Assembly: GCA_030248215.1 (NCBI GenBank)
Contig: JASANG010003338.1
Location: forward strand, 372,001 to 436,000
DNA: 64,000 nt
From: Enoplolaimus lenunculus
Taxonomy: Eukaryota
Direction of reading: 5' to 3'
Shown here piece by piece: positions 36,847 to 49,885 of this stretch. Each line of letters starts with the position of its first letter. Position 1 is the first letter of the stretch. Position numbers and translations under genes: made by a program. The notes under the pieces are model-generated. The model did not search any database, was not told the origin of the DNA, and was given only the letters and a program-made list of their open reading frames with translations.

Positions 36847-39800
36847 GTATATATAATTAATATTATTGCCATTCTGTACGTATGCGGAATGAAAACTTGA
36901 ACTTGAAGGCGCAGCCATCTTTCAGTATTCTAATTAGGTTCGGTCTTCGTGTAATATGGTTTTTGCAACAGTTTCAATAGACTTAGTCTTGCTTTATAAC
37001 CAGCATGTTAACCATGTACTAAACCCATCCCATTGACGAATGTTTCGTAGTTTGGTTTATTGCTAGCTCATATTATGTTTTGCATAATTTGGTTTAGTGA
37101 AAGTTGTAAAATGCCAGTTGTACAATCAGCGTTAGATGTTTTAGGAAAAATTGAGTCGACCGGAAAAACAGTTTTTTTTCAGTTTTTTCCGGGTTCTTCT
37201 GCAAAAATCTTGTAACAGTATTTGAAATTTTATTGCTACATAAAGTTAATTAGAAGTTGAGCTCAAAATAACGCGTTACACAACTAGAAATGTTACATCA
37301 AGCAAAACAACAAAATTAAAATGTATTTTGTGTACGGCCCATGTAACTTTAAAGGGTGTAAAAGCTTCTGGTGGGTCTATAAAAGAGTGGGTGTAGATTC
37401 TAGGTTACATTTTTTGCTTAGTCTTAGGCCTTTGGCTTAGGCTTAGGCTTACGAACACTTTTTTGCAACGCTTATGCTTACGCTTAGGCATTGGAATACG
37501 CTTAATCTACTGTTACGCCCCTAAAAGTAACAAGTAAGACTGACTCAACTCATGAGTAAAATTAGGCGAAAACTGCGTTAGCTTCCAATTCATCTCTATC
37601 ACGGCTATAGTAAACACAAGCAGGAAAAAAGTCTGGCATGTATAGCCAATCAAACAAATGCTAAATACAAAATTTAGCAAATCAGCACCAGAAAAGCGAA
37701 ACGTTTTCCGGACTGGAGGCGTAAGAAAAACCAATTTCGTACAATTTTCCGCAACGGTTTGTTATTACGAAAGTTATAACATTGATATATTTTCATATGT
37801 TTTTTCGATTATTTCCGATTTTTCCACTCTTTCGGAAAAAACCGAAAAATAACCGAAAAAATACCGTTTTTTCATTTGGTTTGTTTCCGGTGCTTAAGCC
37901 TGACAACAATTTATGTTTTGTTTTGTAAATTTCAGAACCGAGGCGAACTGTAATATGAGAAATTCAAACGAGCAAAGCAGGAAAAACATAACATTCTCGC
38001 CAGCAGGTTTTATATTGAGTGGTTTAATTCAAGAAATATGAACGGGTCCATGTATAGAACAGGGCTGGAACAGTGGTATAAGCATATTCCTACGCCTAAA
38101 CCTAAGCGTATGAATGAGCCTATTCTTAAGCCTAAGCCTAAGTCTAATAAAAAATTAGTCTAAAGCGTAAACTGAATCTATTATAGCTCCTCCGGAAAAC
38201 GATCCGGCCCTATTCTATACATGGGCCTATGAACGTTTCTGTAGCATAATCATTTCAACGCCAAATTAAATGTGGTCATACAGTTCTAACTCAGCCTGTT
38301 TGTTTTGTGTGTTTGGCAACAAAGCTCGAAAAAGTATTAAACTAACACTAACGTTAAGTTCCATCAACCAAAAAATAATTACCTTGACCTCGGCAGCGTC
38401 ACCCTTATACGACCCCAACGATTGTAACCAGATTGATATCCGCGAATGCCAACAGTCATACCGTAGCCAGTTTCTAAGCTTAAGTACGTTTCTGACCTTC
38501 CAAATATTCGTTTGATCGGATCTTCAGTGTCCTCGTGGATGTTGACGTAGTTATTCGCTGGAAAACAAACATTAAAAGCATCCATAGGCAGGACTGTGTC
38601 CCCTAAGATTATGCTGGTGCACTCCGAAAACTACATTCCGGATCCTTTAGATTAAAATTAGCTGGCTTTGTATAAGACTTATAAGCGACGCTAAATAAGT
38701 CCAAGGATCTGTATCATTTACACCAATTGAAACATTCGCGAGCGAAGCGAGCTACTTCTCAAGAATAGGGACGCGTGTGTTTGTAGACAACCCCTTCGAA
38801 AAACTAGTGTTAAATCAAGTGTAGTTTTCAGAATGGATTTTGTTTGTCAACACCATAGGTTACCTCCGGTTGCAGGCTAGTAGCCAGCTCAGCTTGATAC
38901 GGAAGGCTAAAAATTATTCAGCAGGGCATACAAGGACTTGTTTATTTACACTGAAGACAAGATCGTATAAACTACGCAAATGGTAACCTTAAATGGTAGT
39001 GTTGAAATATATACGTACTTAAAATATTTTGAAAGAGGCAGCGAAAAAATTAAAAAATCACAAAGTGAATCAAGAAAAACGTTTGCAAAAAAGTCTCAAA
39101 ATGTTAAAAAAAGAAAATTAACTGGTTATATCATGATACATCAACTGAATTGAAACCAGTGGTTTCGTCATTGTAAACCTCACAGCATTTCATAATTTAG
39201 TGACCCGAATATGGAGGCTTAATAAGAGGAAGCTACGATTTTGCGCCTCAATCAATAGGAGTCTGTAAAACGATACGAGTCCGTTAGCGGTTAGAGTAAA
39301 TATGTCCTAGAGTCCATAAAACAAATCACAGGGAAAGAATGGCTAATACTGCTCAAATGTGTAACACACAAGACAACCCGCGTATTTTATTAAATCCAGA
39401 AACAAGCTTAACGGACATGGCAATCAACAAAAACGATCGGAGCAAGTCAGTTCGGCCGAAAAGAAAGGAAGTAAAAACAAGGTTGTTGGATCCAACTAAC
39501 ATGGATAGATATGAAAATAAATAACAGTCCGAAACCGAATAACAGTGGGCACACTCTGGATAGACAAAATGAATATCAGTCGTTTTTTTTAATTCGGGTC
39601 ACTACAGTACATACCGTTGCTGCCACCAAAGTGAACAAAATAAGGCAAAGATCGATGCAAATTCCACACATGAGCCGGGTCTCTTGGTCGTTGTACCTAT
39701 AATCATAATCATGCGTTCATCTGTATATTATTTTGTTCTTTTTCGGTTATTGTATCCGTTTGTATTAAGCAACAGATAAAGCAGCTAAAAAGTTCTGAAA

Positions 39801-42800
39801 ATTAAATTTCGGTTCTAATTTGAATAAAATTGATATCACAAAATAGATCAAATCCATAATAGACAAGTTACCCTGCGGCGTGGGTGGGCACGGCCACAAT
39901 TTCCGAAAGAGTGTCACATCCCAAATAATATTTCATACGAAGCAAGTGCTTAATACCCCGCCTGGATTATTATCCTAAAAGGCAGAACTTATGAAACCCA
40001 TCACTTGAATGCGCCCCTTCATTGGACCAATTTTGTTATTAGATATAAACCTAAGACCTGCCACCTACAGAAATAAAAACTGTTCAATTTGGAAAAACGT
40101 CTTATGACTTAGGAGAGTGCTATACTTTCGATGACGTCCGACTCCGTCCGTCACCCGTACGCCGCCGTTCGTCCCCGTGCGGCACGGTGCAGTATCGTAC
40201 ACGAATTACCCAGGTATCATACTTAAGGTTTTTGTATACTGCTTGAATGTTTATAGCGAAATAGAACTCTTCAAGTTTGTTTAATTGCCGATTTAAGAAA
40301 CCCAAATCTACATATAACAGAGCTGAAACAACCACGACGCGTTATATGGACATCGATCCAGCTAATTTTTGTGTTTAATTTGACGCAAACAAATCTCACA
40401 ACAAACAATTATCTGCGTATTCCTAAGCCCAAGCCTAAGACTAAAGCGTTGCAAAAATGTGTTCCAAAGTGTAAGCCTCAAACCTAAACAAAAAACAATA
40501 ATCTACAATCTAAACCTACTCTTTTATGGACCCGCCAGAAACCTGGATGCTCCTTAAAGTAACATGAGCCGTAAATATTGTAACAACATTGACTATTAAA
40601 TGCCGAAAACGTACGTATAAATTTTGTGATTTGTCCATTTTGAACGCAAATCCTGATTCTGGGAATGTCACATAGACAACATTTGGTGTCAGTCCTTGTC
40701 GCTGGTTTTCATACCGTCGATATCTGCTGGAGCTTCTCGCTGACGACTGACCAACTTCGGCAACGATATCAAATAACGGCATACGATTGTCACCATAGCC
40801 TCGTGGTCTAGAAAATTATCACGACCAAAGCGACAAATATACGGAAACAGCACTCGGGAAGATTTGTATTCTTCGGTTCATTGTTTCCTGGTCGAAAAAA
40901 TTTGCCACAGCATTGAAATTATTTGATGTAGGAAAACTGTACGGCGGAGGTGCGAATTATGGATGGACTCTTCAGGAATTCAATGAAAAGAATAGATTAT
41001 TTTACAGATTGTAGTGCGCTGAGTTCGGCGGTGTAAATTTTAACGCTGCAGAGCCCCTTGTACAAATGTTATGGCCGTTTAAACTTTAACGTTTTACTAA
41101 AAACATGCGCAACCGCCTACCCACGCCTACCAAATTTGTACGAATAACAGGGGTTTGCCCGCAAAATTATAGTGCATACACGCATAGATTTGAACAGTAG
41201 GTGGTTACGGACTGTTATTTATATTAATTCGACCTCCGTCGCCCATCGTTATCCTGATATATCCGGTATTGCAACAATCCGTTGAATTAAACGTTTATTT
41301 GTCTTGTATCAATAGCTTGAGCGATAATGCAAGGTTATACTAAGGAATGTACTTTCAAAACTTAAGTACGCTTTAAGGTTTCGAACTCTGCTTTATTTGG
41401 TCTTCGAGCCATTTATGCACTAGGAATATACAACAGACATTTATAGGCTCTAATTAGCGTTTAAAGACACTATCCGCTTTATGGACTCTTATAAGATAAG
41501 GGATACGGACTCCTATTGATTGTGACTCAAAATGGGGAACCCTTTTATTTCCCCCTCTTATTCGAGTCACTTCAGTAAGCCACATTTCATTTAGATTCTA
41601 GTAGTCCAGATTTGGTACCTTTGCCAAAATTTTCTTGTGCCTCTAGAAATTTTCACACCTCTCTACTAGCAATTCTTGATTGTGAAACTATTAACTAACC
41701 ACGTTTACCGGTTCTGATATTAAGTACTTACAAGTTCACATTGTGCCTGCGCTGAGTAATTTTATTAACAATGGCACAAGAACCCTTGTCTTTGTTCACT
41801 ATGTGCTCAGTTGCACCACGGAAACTTTGCCGGAAACACGACTACCACTAGTGTAATTTAGACCACCCTTAACCATGCAAATGGGGTTTTCTATGGCTGG
41901 TCATGACTTCTGATACGAGGTACCCCCAAATTAAACTATGGCGGTTATTTATGACACTTCTTGCCGAAAACAAAATCCACAAAAATAAACTGGTAACGAA
42001 CCAAGAAAAATCAAACCTTATCCCACAGGATGTATAATTATTCGAGACCAGAGTATAATAACCAGCAGGCATTGCGTGTTCTTCAAGACGGATTTCTATC
42101 GACGAATCAAACGGTTTCAATAGTGGATCGTTGTATATATGACACATTTCCGGTGGATCATTTGACGAAGTTCCAGATCCTGTGTAAAATTTACAATTGC
42201 AATACGCTTTAAAACGTTCCGAAGTATTTTGTTTGTTCGTTTGTTGGTTTCTTTGTTGATTTGATTGTTTGGTTGTTTGCTTTGTTTGTTAGTTTTTTAT
42301 TTATTTATTTGTTTGTTTGTTTGTTTGTTTGTTAATTTGTTTGGTTGTTTGTTGGTATTGTTTGGTTTGGTTGTTTATTTTTATTTGTTCGTATATTGGT
42401 TTGTTTGTTGCATTCGTCTGTTAGCTTATATTTGTTTGTTTGTTTGTTTATTTGTTTGTTTTTTCTGTTAGTCTGTCCACATCTGTTTGTTTTGTTTTAT
42501 GTTTGTTTTTTGTTTGCTTATATATTCGTTACCTTTTGCGATTGTTTGTTGCTACATATGTTTTTGTTTGTTTGTTTTGTATTTGCTAGTTTTGATTGCT
42601 TACTTTGTGAACTAATTCGTAATCTTGGGCGTCGTTATCCGTTTACGAACTCTGATCAGAAAAATTGACCCCTGTTGGTTCAGATGCAAAAGAGACACTC
42701 CGGAGTCTTATTACCATACATTCGGTTCGCTACCAGGGTGCAAACGGAGGTGGAATATACCGGAGCCGGAGGTCAACAAAACTTGCCGGAGCCGGAGGTG

Positions 42801-45800
42801 AGTCGAAATTAGGTAGTAAAAATGGTTGTTAATTAATTAATCCTGAGAATTGTGCCAAAAGTAAAACGAAACGAGCTAAACACATAAATTTTGCAGAGTT
42901 ATGCAAAATTTTACTACCGAAATTGCCGGAACCTCCGGCAAAAGTTCTACCGGAGCCGAAGCCGGAGCCAGTGTTTGATTTTCTGCCGGAGCCGGAGGCA
43001 GACCTCCGGTTGTGCCCTGGTCGCTACAGTATATAAGCAAAAAACACTCCGGCTCAGGCTTCGGTAGAATTTTTGCCGGAAGTTCCGGCAATTTTGGTAA
43101 TGAAATTTTCCATAGATATAACAAAATATATCTTATTGGCACTTATCGTTTAAACTTTTGACACAATTTTGAGAACAAAATGCAAGATTTTGTAAAAAAT
43201 AAGTGTGAAACCAAACCATTTAACAACACATTACAAATATTTGCCAAAATCAACAAATTTAACGTCATTTTTACTATTTAGTTTCCGCCTCACCTTTAGC
43301 TTCACCTCCATCCCCAGCAAGTTTTGCTAACCTCCGGCTTCGACATCCGGCTCTCCGATATTTTTCACCTCCGGTTGCACCCTGCCAAAAATATATTCTA
43401 CAAAAAAATCGATAAAATATTGGCTTTACACTTACCGAAAAACGCGTCTGAAATAATGGCGCATGATGTTAAAAGTGCGAGAAAGTTATGTAACAATTTT
43501 GCAACTGTTCTTAAAATCATTACGTTTCCGTTCGAAAACTTCATCGATTTGTTAATAAATTTAGCGTTCGCTTCTGCATAGTATAGATTTAAATTTAGTA
43601 ATGTATCTTAAAACAACTAGTCATGTTTGGATAAACACCGGATGGTAAAAGAAACCCTTAGTTATAATCGCAGTGTATCTATGCGATATTTCGACGCCCG
43701 ATAACTTGTGGTCCAACAGTGTTCTAAAAGCCTGTGAAGAAATTCGGTGTAATCTAAGTGTTGCAAAATTTCCGGTTATAAGTTGTCGGTCGACGAAATG
43801 TCGCGATGACAATTTTAGTAGTTATAGCTCATAGCTTGGCTATAACTACTAATATCTGGATGCCCTTTTCAAAAATGTCAAGATTTTTGGTTAATTTTTC
43901 TCTAAGAATTTCCATTACGTGCCAAAGCGTTTTCAATAATGCGTTTTCCTGCCAACACCGATTGGGATCATGACCGATATGACCAAAAAGCCAAGAGCAC
44001 CAAAAAATCAAGAAAGAATAGGAGAACCCAAAAGGTAACCTCTTATGCAGGGTTCACAATAACACAATTTCTTATTGCACCGCCGGAACTACATATGGTG
44101 GGATTAACGTGTTACAATTGAATTGTTCCTGATGTCTTAAAAAATTGTTATTGTGAATTCTGCATTTACGCCTGAAATTAAGCATGTCATGTTTTTTCAA
44201 GGTTCTGGCCTCTCGATCATATATATACATTTTACAAACACAAAATGCAATGTAACCACCATATTTGTGCAAATTTTAAAATTTAAATTCTCAAAACCTA
44301 TTGGCCACTTATATGATGCAAATCTTTTTTTACCTTAAGTGCTTCAACGCCAATGGATAAAACATCTTTGGAAACTGTTAAGTATTGTAAATAAATTTTC
44401 GTCACTCAACAAAAAACATTTACCATTTACTAGTACTAAAACATAGGCTACTTGTGTTTTGCAGTACTAAAATTTCAACGTTCTCGATCGAAAAAAGATA
44501 CAATTTTTGTGCCTTAAAGTTATCAGTTAAGCACCAGTTCAGCGACGGCGTTGTCTAAAAAATATAATAGTAAAAGTCATTAAAAATAAAGACAATTTTG
44601 TCTTGCGTCATTTAAACGTATAGCAGAATTGTGCTAAAATCGCTAAAATTATTATACAAGTGCAATATCCTTCCAACGTGTGCGTATGTCATGGTCGGAT
44701 TCGTAGGGGAGACAGCTCAGGCCATAGCATTCAACACAAATTTCAATACCAAAATTTTGTATTTTGTGATTAAGTACTAAAATTGCGTTTGGCTTTTGGC
44801 GTGTTTTGCTTACAAGGCTTTTTTTTCACTATTATGTATCGCGACGCAGTCCCACAGACGTCAGAATTTCGTGATTCGCCGGTGGTGTCGATGTTTGTGC
44901 AAAATCTTTTTCTTAAAGATTCCTCCTGCTTCAGAAGCAAACTTGTTGATTAATATGTTCATGTTTAAGGTTGTGCGTGATTTGGTATTTCTAACTTTTA
45001 GGAAACAATATTTTTTGAAACAAATATGTTATTGTTTAATCATCACAAACTTAAAAATTAAGCACAAGCCAGTTATTGTTTTTATGGCATTTCTACCTCT
45101 ATTTCGCATAAAGTTTTGAACAATTTTCTTTTTTAAAATTTCTCAAGTGAAAATGAATTCCCACAAGCAAGTTTTTTGGATTAGATTTTGAACTGGATTC
45201 GCATATTAAGTATAATTTATTAATTAGTTAAGCTGACGTTATCCTAAAATATTTTTAAGTGAAACATTCCCAGTTTTAGCAACGTCAGGTTTTACAGTGC
45301 TAATTTGTTTCCGGCAAAGCTATAGAATTTGAACCGTCTAGCAATCAAAACAAAACTGGTCCATCCTACAGTTCTCAAAAATTAAAAAATAAGTTTACTT
45401 AAACTTGTGTTAAACTTAAAAACATGTTAGTTTAAGGGAAACTCAAAATTCTAGTTTAGTTAGTCCATCCAGCCAATTAAGTTTCGCTAAGACTAATATT
45501 CAAGCGTTGTTCAGCTATAATTTAAGTTTGAGTTTTTATAAGAGAGTAGGTACTTCCTTTATCTTGACTAAAATTGACAAAGTAATCCATTTTCGTGGCA
45601 AAAAAAATTTACAAAATTTACTAATGTAAAAACGGTTTAATATGTTGTTTAATAAATTTTTATCTCAAGAAAACATAGACATCACAGGAACAACCAGGTT
45701 CACATACCAAAGGGTCATTATTTCCTCTATGCAGTAGTTTTTTTCACCAGCGAGCGAAGAAACTTTTTCAATCTCTTCAAACTAGCCGGTAATATGATTT

Positions 45801-48800
45801 GCTTGTTGCTAAAATTCTTGTTCGTACGTAAATTTTATGAAGACTTTTTATGTCTTTCTATCTCCCCTTTATATTGACTCCTGAGACATACGTTGTTGTG
45901 TTTTACTGAATATTTATTGTTTACTCATATTTGACACAATGTTTAGGTTATTACTTTAAAACTAGCAATTGCGTAAACACACCACGATTTTGATCGAGCA
46001 CATTTGCAGTCAAAACGACGGAAATTGCTAAAATTTAAACATTTTTAAACGTTTTTCGCGACAATTTGTCGAAAAATAATTATTATACTCGTAATAGGAA
46101 ACAATTTAAGTCAAATGTTAATGGCATATAGTACAAACAGTATCGCTCATTTTGTTGCGTTTAAAAACAAATATATCAAAGTATTCCAATCCGCATACCT
46201 ACTTTCTTTGTCCTCCGGCTAAAATATTATTCGGCCAACAGCCAAATTTGACGTGTAATAATTCACTTGAAGGAGGCAGCAAATGCATGTGCTCCTGAAA
46301 TTTTTGAAAACGCACTTTTAAAAGTTTTTATGTAACCTCCTAAAAATTATACTGGTCAAAAAACTTTGCGTTCTTGTAAAACTTTTGCGTACGTATACCT
46401 TCTGCAAACATAACATATATCAAGTTTAACTGACCGCTGTCGACCAAACGTGCTACGGACGGAGTGACAGTAAATCTTCAGAGCTTAAGCGTTTCGGCCA
46501 ATATAAAGACAGAGGCGGAACAATATTATAAGCTTATTCCTAAGCCTAAGCCTAAGTCTAAGCGTAAGAATGAGTTGATTTCTAAGCCTAAGCCTAAGCC
46601 TAAAAATGTAGGCCAAGTAAAAAAATCGTCTAATGCTTAAGCTAATATTCTACTCCAGACCCATAGGAAAACGTTCCGCCCTTGATCATTGCATGGACCA
46701 GTGTTTAATAGTAGCAGAAAGTATTAATAAGCGGGTGAAAAATACGGGATTTATCGCCATCATTCCCGAAGGGATTTGAAAGGGGATGAGTTGCAAGGGT
46801 AAAACCGATCGTCTTTATCTGCTGCATACCTATAGATATTTTAATTACTGTTCATGAACCGAGTTTTGACCATTAGGCTGTAATTTTTAAGTTTTTAAAA
46901 AGTATAAAAAACGAAACAAGAGTATTAACAAGTAATCTTGATCGAGAGCGCCGAACAAGAATATTTTTGAAATTATGGAAATACATCGGAAATTGTATGC
47001 AAGTCCCACGGTATTGGTTTACAATCCTCAGAAACCAAAACATTTTTTATTTTACTGATAATTTTAGGCATCTCTTTAACTATTGTATACGGTAAAACGC
47101 ACGAACATGCATAAACAGGCACTTGTTCGTGATGTTTACAAACATGATGAGCATACATCAAACTATAAAGCGGTTTATTGGCAGAATATAATAATTTAAA
47201 TATTTTACGGACACCGGACTAAACTTCAAATATGTTGAAATAAAAAACATAGGTCAAAAGAGTTATGGTCATTCTGGTAACTTGAACCATCTAAGGTTTT
47301 TAGTGATTCATTTAGCAACTTTGCCTAGAATTGGCCTTATACTCCATCGTATTTTACTTTTCACATTTTTTAAATTCGGAAGTTTATTATTGATTTTCAG
47401 CTTAAAAAGGACAAACTGCATTGGTGGGCGATGATGAAAATTATTTTTGTAATAATCATTACTGTTTTGTACAGGATTCAATTCAATTCAATTTCGATTC
47501 TTGATGTAACAAACATTTCTTAAAAGCCAAATTCGTTAGAACAGTTTATATTTGTGGCCGTATAACTCGGTCATAACAGTAGTGTGTATATAAGCATATT
47601 CCTAAGCCTTCGCGTAAGCCTTAGTCTAAGCCTTAGCCTTAGCCTGAGCCTAAGCCTTAGCCTAAGCCCAGGCTTTAGCCTACGCCTAAGCCTAAGCAAA
47701 ACAATTAGCCTAAAAAGTTCCGCGAAAAACTATCCGCCCGTGATCTTTACATGGGCCACATTTGCAGACGGGAGCAATATATTGAACCGAAAAGTATCAT
47801 TAAACGATCACAACACTCAATAAGGCACCGTAAAACACCCGAGTTTAAAATCAAATATTTTATTCGGAACGAAAAATCCTCGCCCAGTTAAGTCGATACA
47901 TCCGGTTATTGTATGATTCGCTGTGTCTTGATGAAATCCTTCGAACACAACACACGTCCAAATCAAACGAACAACAAATGGAACCACAGTGCAAACACCA
48001 GGGTTAATTTTGGCTGAAATATTATTATTAATGATAAATCATAAGCTATGAATTAATGTGTTGTTTACTCTTGAACATTTTCTTCCACTTAAAATTAAGG
48101 ATAAGGTTTAGGTTGATTAATAGAAAAAACATGTGCTTTCTTAGCACAGGAATGTGCCAAAACCTAAGCCTGCGTGTGAAAGTGTAGGTACTAGAGCCTA
48201 TTACCAAATCAGTTCTAGATAGCATATAGTTCATAAGATGAAACAGCGCCGATAATTATTCCAACACTTCGCGTATGAATGTTTTAGCCTATGAATTATC
48301 ATAAGCGTAGCATTTCCGTTTATAAAACTTGTTAAACTTGCAATCGCAAAAGCTATGAAAAGTATGACCCATGTATGGAACAGGGCCGGATCGTTTTCCG
48401 TCGGGGCTGTAAATAGAGTCAGTTTAAAGCTTTACACGAACTTTTTTGCTTAGGCTTAGGCTTAGGCTTAGGAATTATCTCATCGTTACGCTTAGGCTTA
48501 GAAATACGCTTATACTACTGTTCCTGCCCTGTGCAATACATGGGCCAAAAGTACGATTAAGCACATGTTTAGTTGTTTTTGTTCTAGCACCGTGGTACGT
48601 AACTGAAAACCATGAGACGTATATAAGACAAGCTCGCTTGGCTTGAGACTACTATTATTTCTTGCTTAGCCAGAAAAAGTAATGGAGAGTCGATCCTGTT
48701 TTGGCATTTCAATTTGAAGTAAAAAAATGTCGATGAAAATTACTGAAAATGTTTTTTACTTGACACTTCTTTGTCAAAAACAACTTTGTTGTTTAATCTG

Positions 48801-49885
48801 ATGTCAATGTCGACCATTTGTTTTTGCGGCTCGAAAGTCAAATCAAGGCACACTGAAATTTTTAATAATTATTTCTTATTATTAACAGGGTGCAACCGGA
48901 GGTGAAAAATACTGGAGCTGGCGGTCAAAAAAATTTGCCGGAGCTGGAGTTGGAGGTGAAGCCGGAGGTGATGAAGTTTAGGTAGTTAAAATGGTGTTTA
49001 ATTTGCTAATTTTAGCAAGTATCTAAAAGGTGTTTATCTTCTGGTATTTACGTTTATTTTTTTTACAAAATATTCGCAATTTTTGCTCAAAATTGTTCCA
49101 AAAGTTAAAACAAAACACGCCAAACAAGTCAATTTTTTAAAATATGCAAAATTTCACTACCAAAATTGTTGGAACCTCCGGCAGAAATTCTACCGGCGCC
49201 AGAAGTCCATTTCCTGCCAGAACCAGAGCCGGACGCAGACATCCGGTCGTACCCTGCTTGATAGCCCAAAAACATTTTACCGTATAAGACTCTTCTGTCA
49301 ACGGCGTACAGCTTATAAGAGTTGAGTGCACAGCAAGTTGAAACGTTTAAAAACTGTTGTTCGAGTATTATTTTACCGAAATTGATGAATACCGTTGTGG
49401 ACCCAGCAGTTTGAATCTATGGAAACAAAATTTAATATATGCAATCAATAAACGTGTTCTGCGTAAAGTATGCATTCAGTCGTGTATATTAAGTTGCAAA
49501 ATGAAATACACAATGTGCAGTTTTTAACAGCTAAAATCTTCGCAAGATGCGAGAGACCCGTAGTCGAGCAGGCAAAAAGGTAACAATCCATTGAAAATTC
49601 GTGGATTAAATTTAATGTGATACCAGCCTGAAATTGGATTTCAGCTGCCATTGAAAATATTCGTGACCGAAAGGGTTCAAGAAAACAAAACCCTGCAAAA
49701 TTTTTGAGCCCTAAATTTTTTTGCAATACCAATCGATACTTACAGTCTTCAGGATGTTTTGAAATGTTGAAATTTACACAGGCTGAGCATGTCGCATTGT
49801 GACAATCGAAAGACGTTTCACCAACTGATGTTCCAATAAACATGCACATCAACACCGATACGGCCGGAATTAAGTATTTAATCAT
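32853..49885 (-). CDS. Secreted protein with a von Willebrand factor type D (VWD) domain and a C8-like domain; 5' exons only partly resolved
   Basis: Phase-consistent chain: 42179-42017 (CHIYNDPLLKPFD..GYYTLV), 40807-40615, 39696-39615 (..SLPY), 38557-38383 (LSLETGYGMTV..IRVTLP), 36517-36398 (EICGLC), 34764-34056 (long insert, then CEIIRNPVGPFSGC), 33017-32853 (LCLY..ECEALQIIASNC..C-stop). The probable first exon 49885-49744 encodes a signal peptide (MIKYLIPAVSVLMCMFIGTSVG) and Cys-rich sequence. Its link through 44-48 kb (candidate exon 44088-44040) is not proven. Confidence 0.72.
33055..33315. mobile_element. CACTG-ended MITE (CMC/EnSpm-like)
   Basis: TIR cactgtaaatttcaatgagttgatt / aatcaactcactggaatttacagtg, flanked by aa on both sides. 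Confidence 0.78.
35698..36066. mobile_element. MITE with internal tacttaagta palindromes (possibly PIF/Harbinger type)
   Basis: TIR ggctaggtttctgaaa / tttcagaaacccagcc. Confidence 0.7.
36558..36702. mobile_element. MITE with GCCTAA core (subfamily A)
   Basis: TIR ggcccatgtacagaacagggc / gccctgttctatacatgggtc; perfect TSD ttaacaac. Confidence 0.9.
36782..36845. repeat. (TA)n microsatellite
   Basis: About 32 uninterrupted TA units. Confidence 0.98.
37336..37532. mobile_element. MITE with TTAGGC core (subfamily B, right end eroded)
   Basis: Starts ggcccatgtaac; internal sequence resembles 21647-21801. Confidence 0.75.
38045..38227. mobile_element. MITE with GCCTAA core (subfamily A)
   Basis: TIR ggtccatgtatagaacagggc / gccctattctatacatgggcc; perfect TSD tatgaacg. 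Confidence 0.9.
40410..40570. mobile_element. MITE with GCCTAA core (subfamily B, partial)
   Basis: Ends aaagtaacatgagcc; reverse-complement similarity to 21647-21801. Confidence 0.7.
42226..42600. repeat. Degenerate (GTTT)n simple repeat
   Basis: G/T-rich tetranucleotide tract in an intron of the VWD gene. Confidence 0.9.
42734..43019. mobile_element. hAT-like MITE (CAGGGTGCAA family with GCCGGA subterminal repeats)
   Basis: TIR cagggtgcaaacgg / ccggttgtgccctg; TSD ttcgctac / gtcgctac. Related copies at about 43045-43385 (inverted), 48886-49256 and 51350-51665. Confidence 0.8.
46496..46699. mobile_element. MITE with GCCTAA core
   Basis: Ends ggccaatat / catggacc; degenerate TSD agcgtttc / agtgttta. 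Confidence 0.75.
47556..47757. mobile_element. MITE with an expanded GCCTAA core (~15 units)
   Basis: Ends ggccgtat / catgggcc; degenerate TSD atatttgt / acatttgc. Confidence 0.75.
48366..48546. mobile_element. MITE with TTAGGC core (subfamily A)
   Basis: TIR gacccatgtatggaacagggc / gccctgtgcaatacatgggcc; TSD aaaagtat / aaaagtac. Confidence 0.88.

Noticed and set aside
42265..42668. Hydrophobic membrane-protein-like ORFs
   Set aside because: They are translations of a GTTT simple repeat.
47600..47700. True telomere or telomerase RNA template
   Set aside because: The tracts are short, degenerate and enclosed by TIRs and TSDs, and no supporting RNA architecture was seen.
47584..47823. SLSLSL ORF (also RLRLRL ORFs at 10741 and 48446)
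   Set aside because: They are translations of TTAGGC/GCCTAA hexamers within MITEs.
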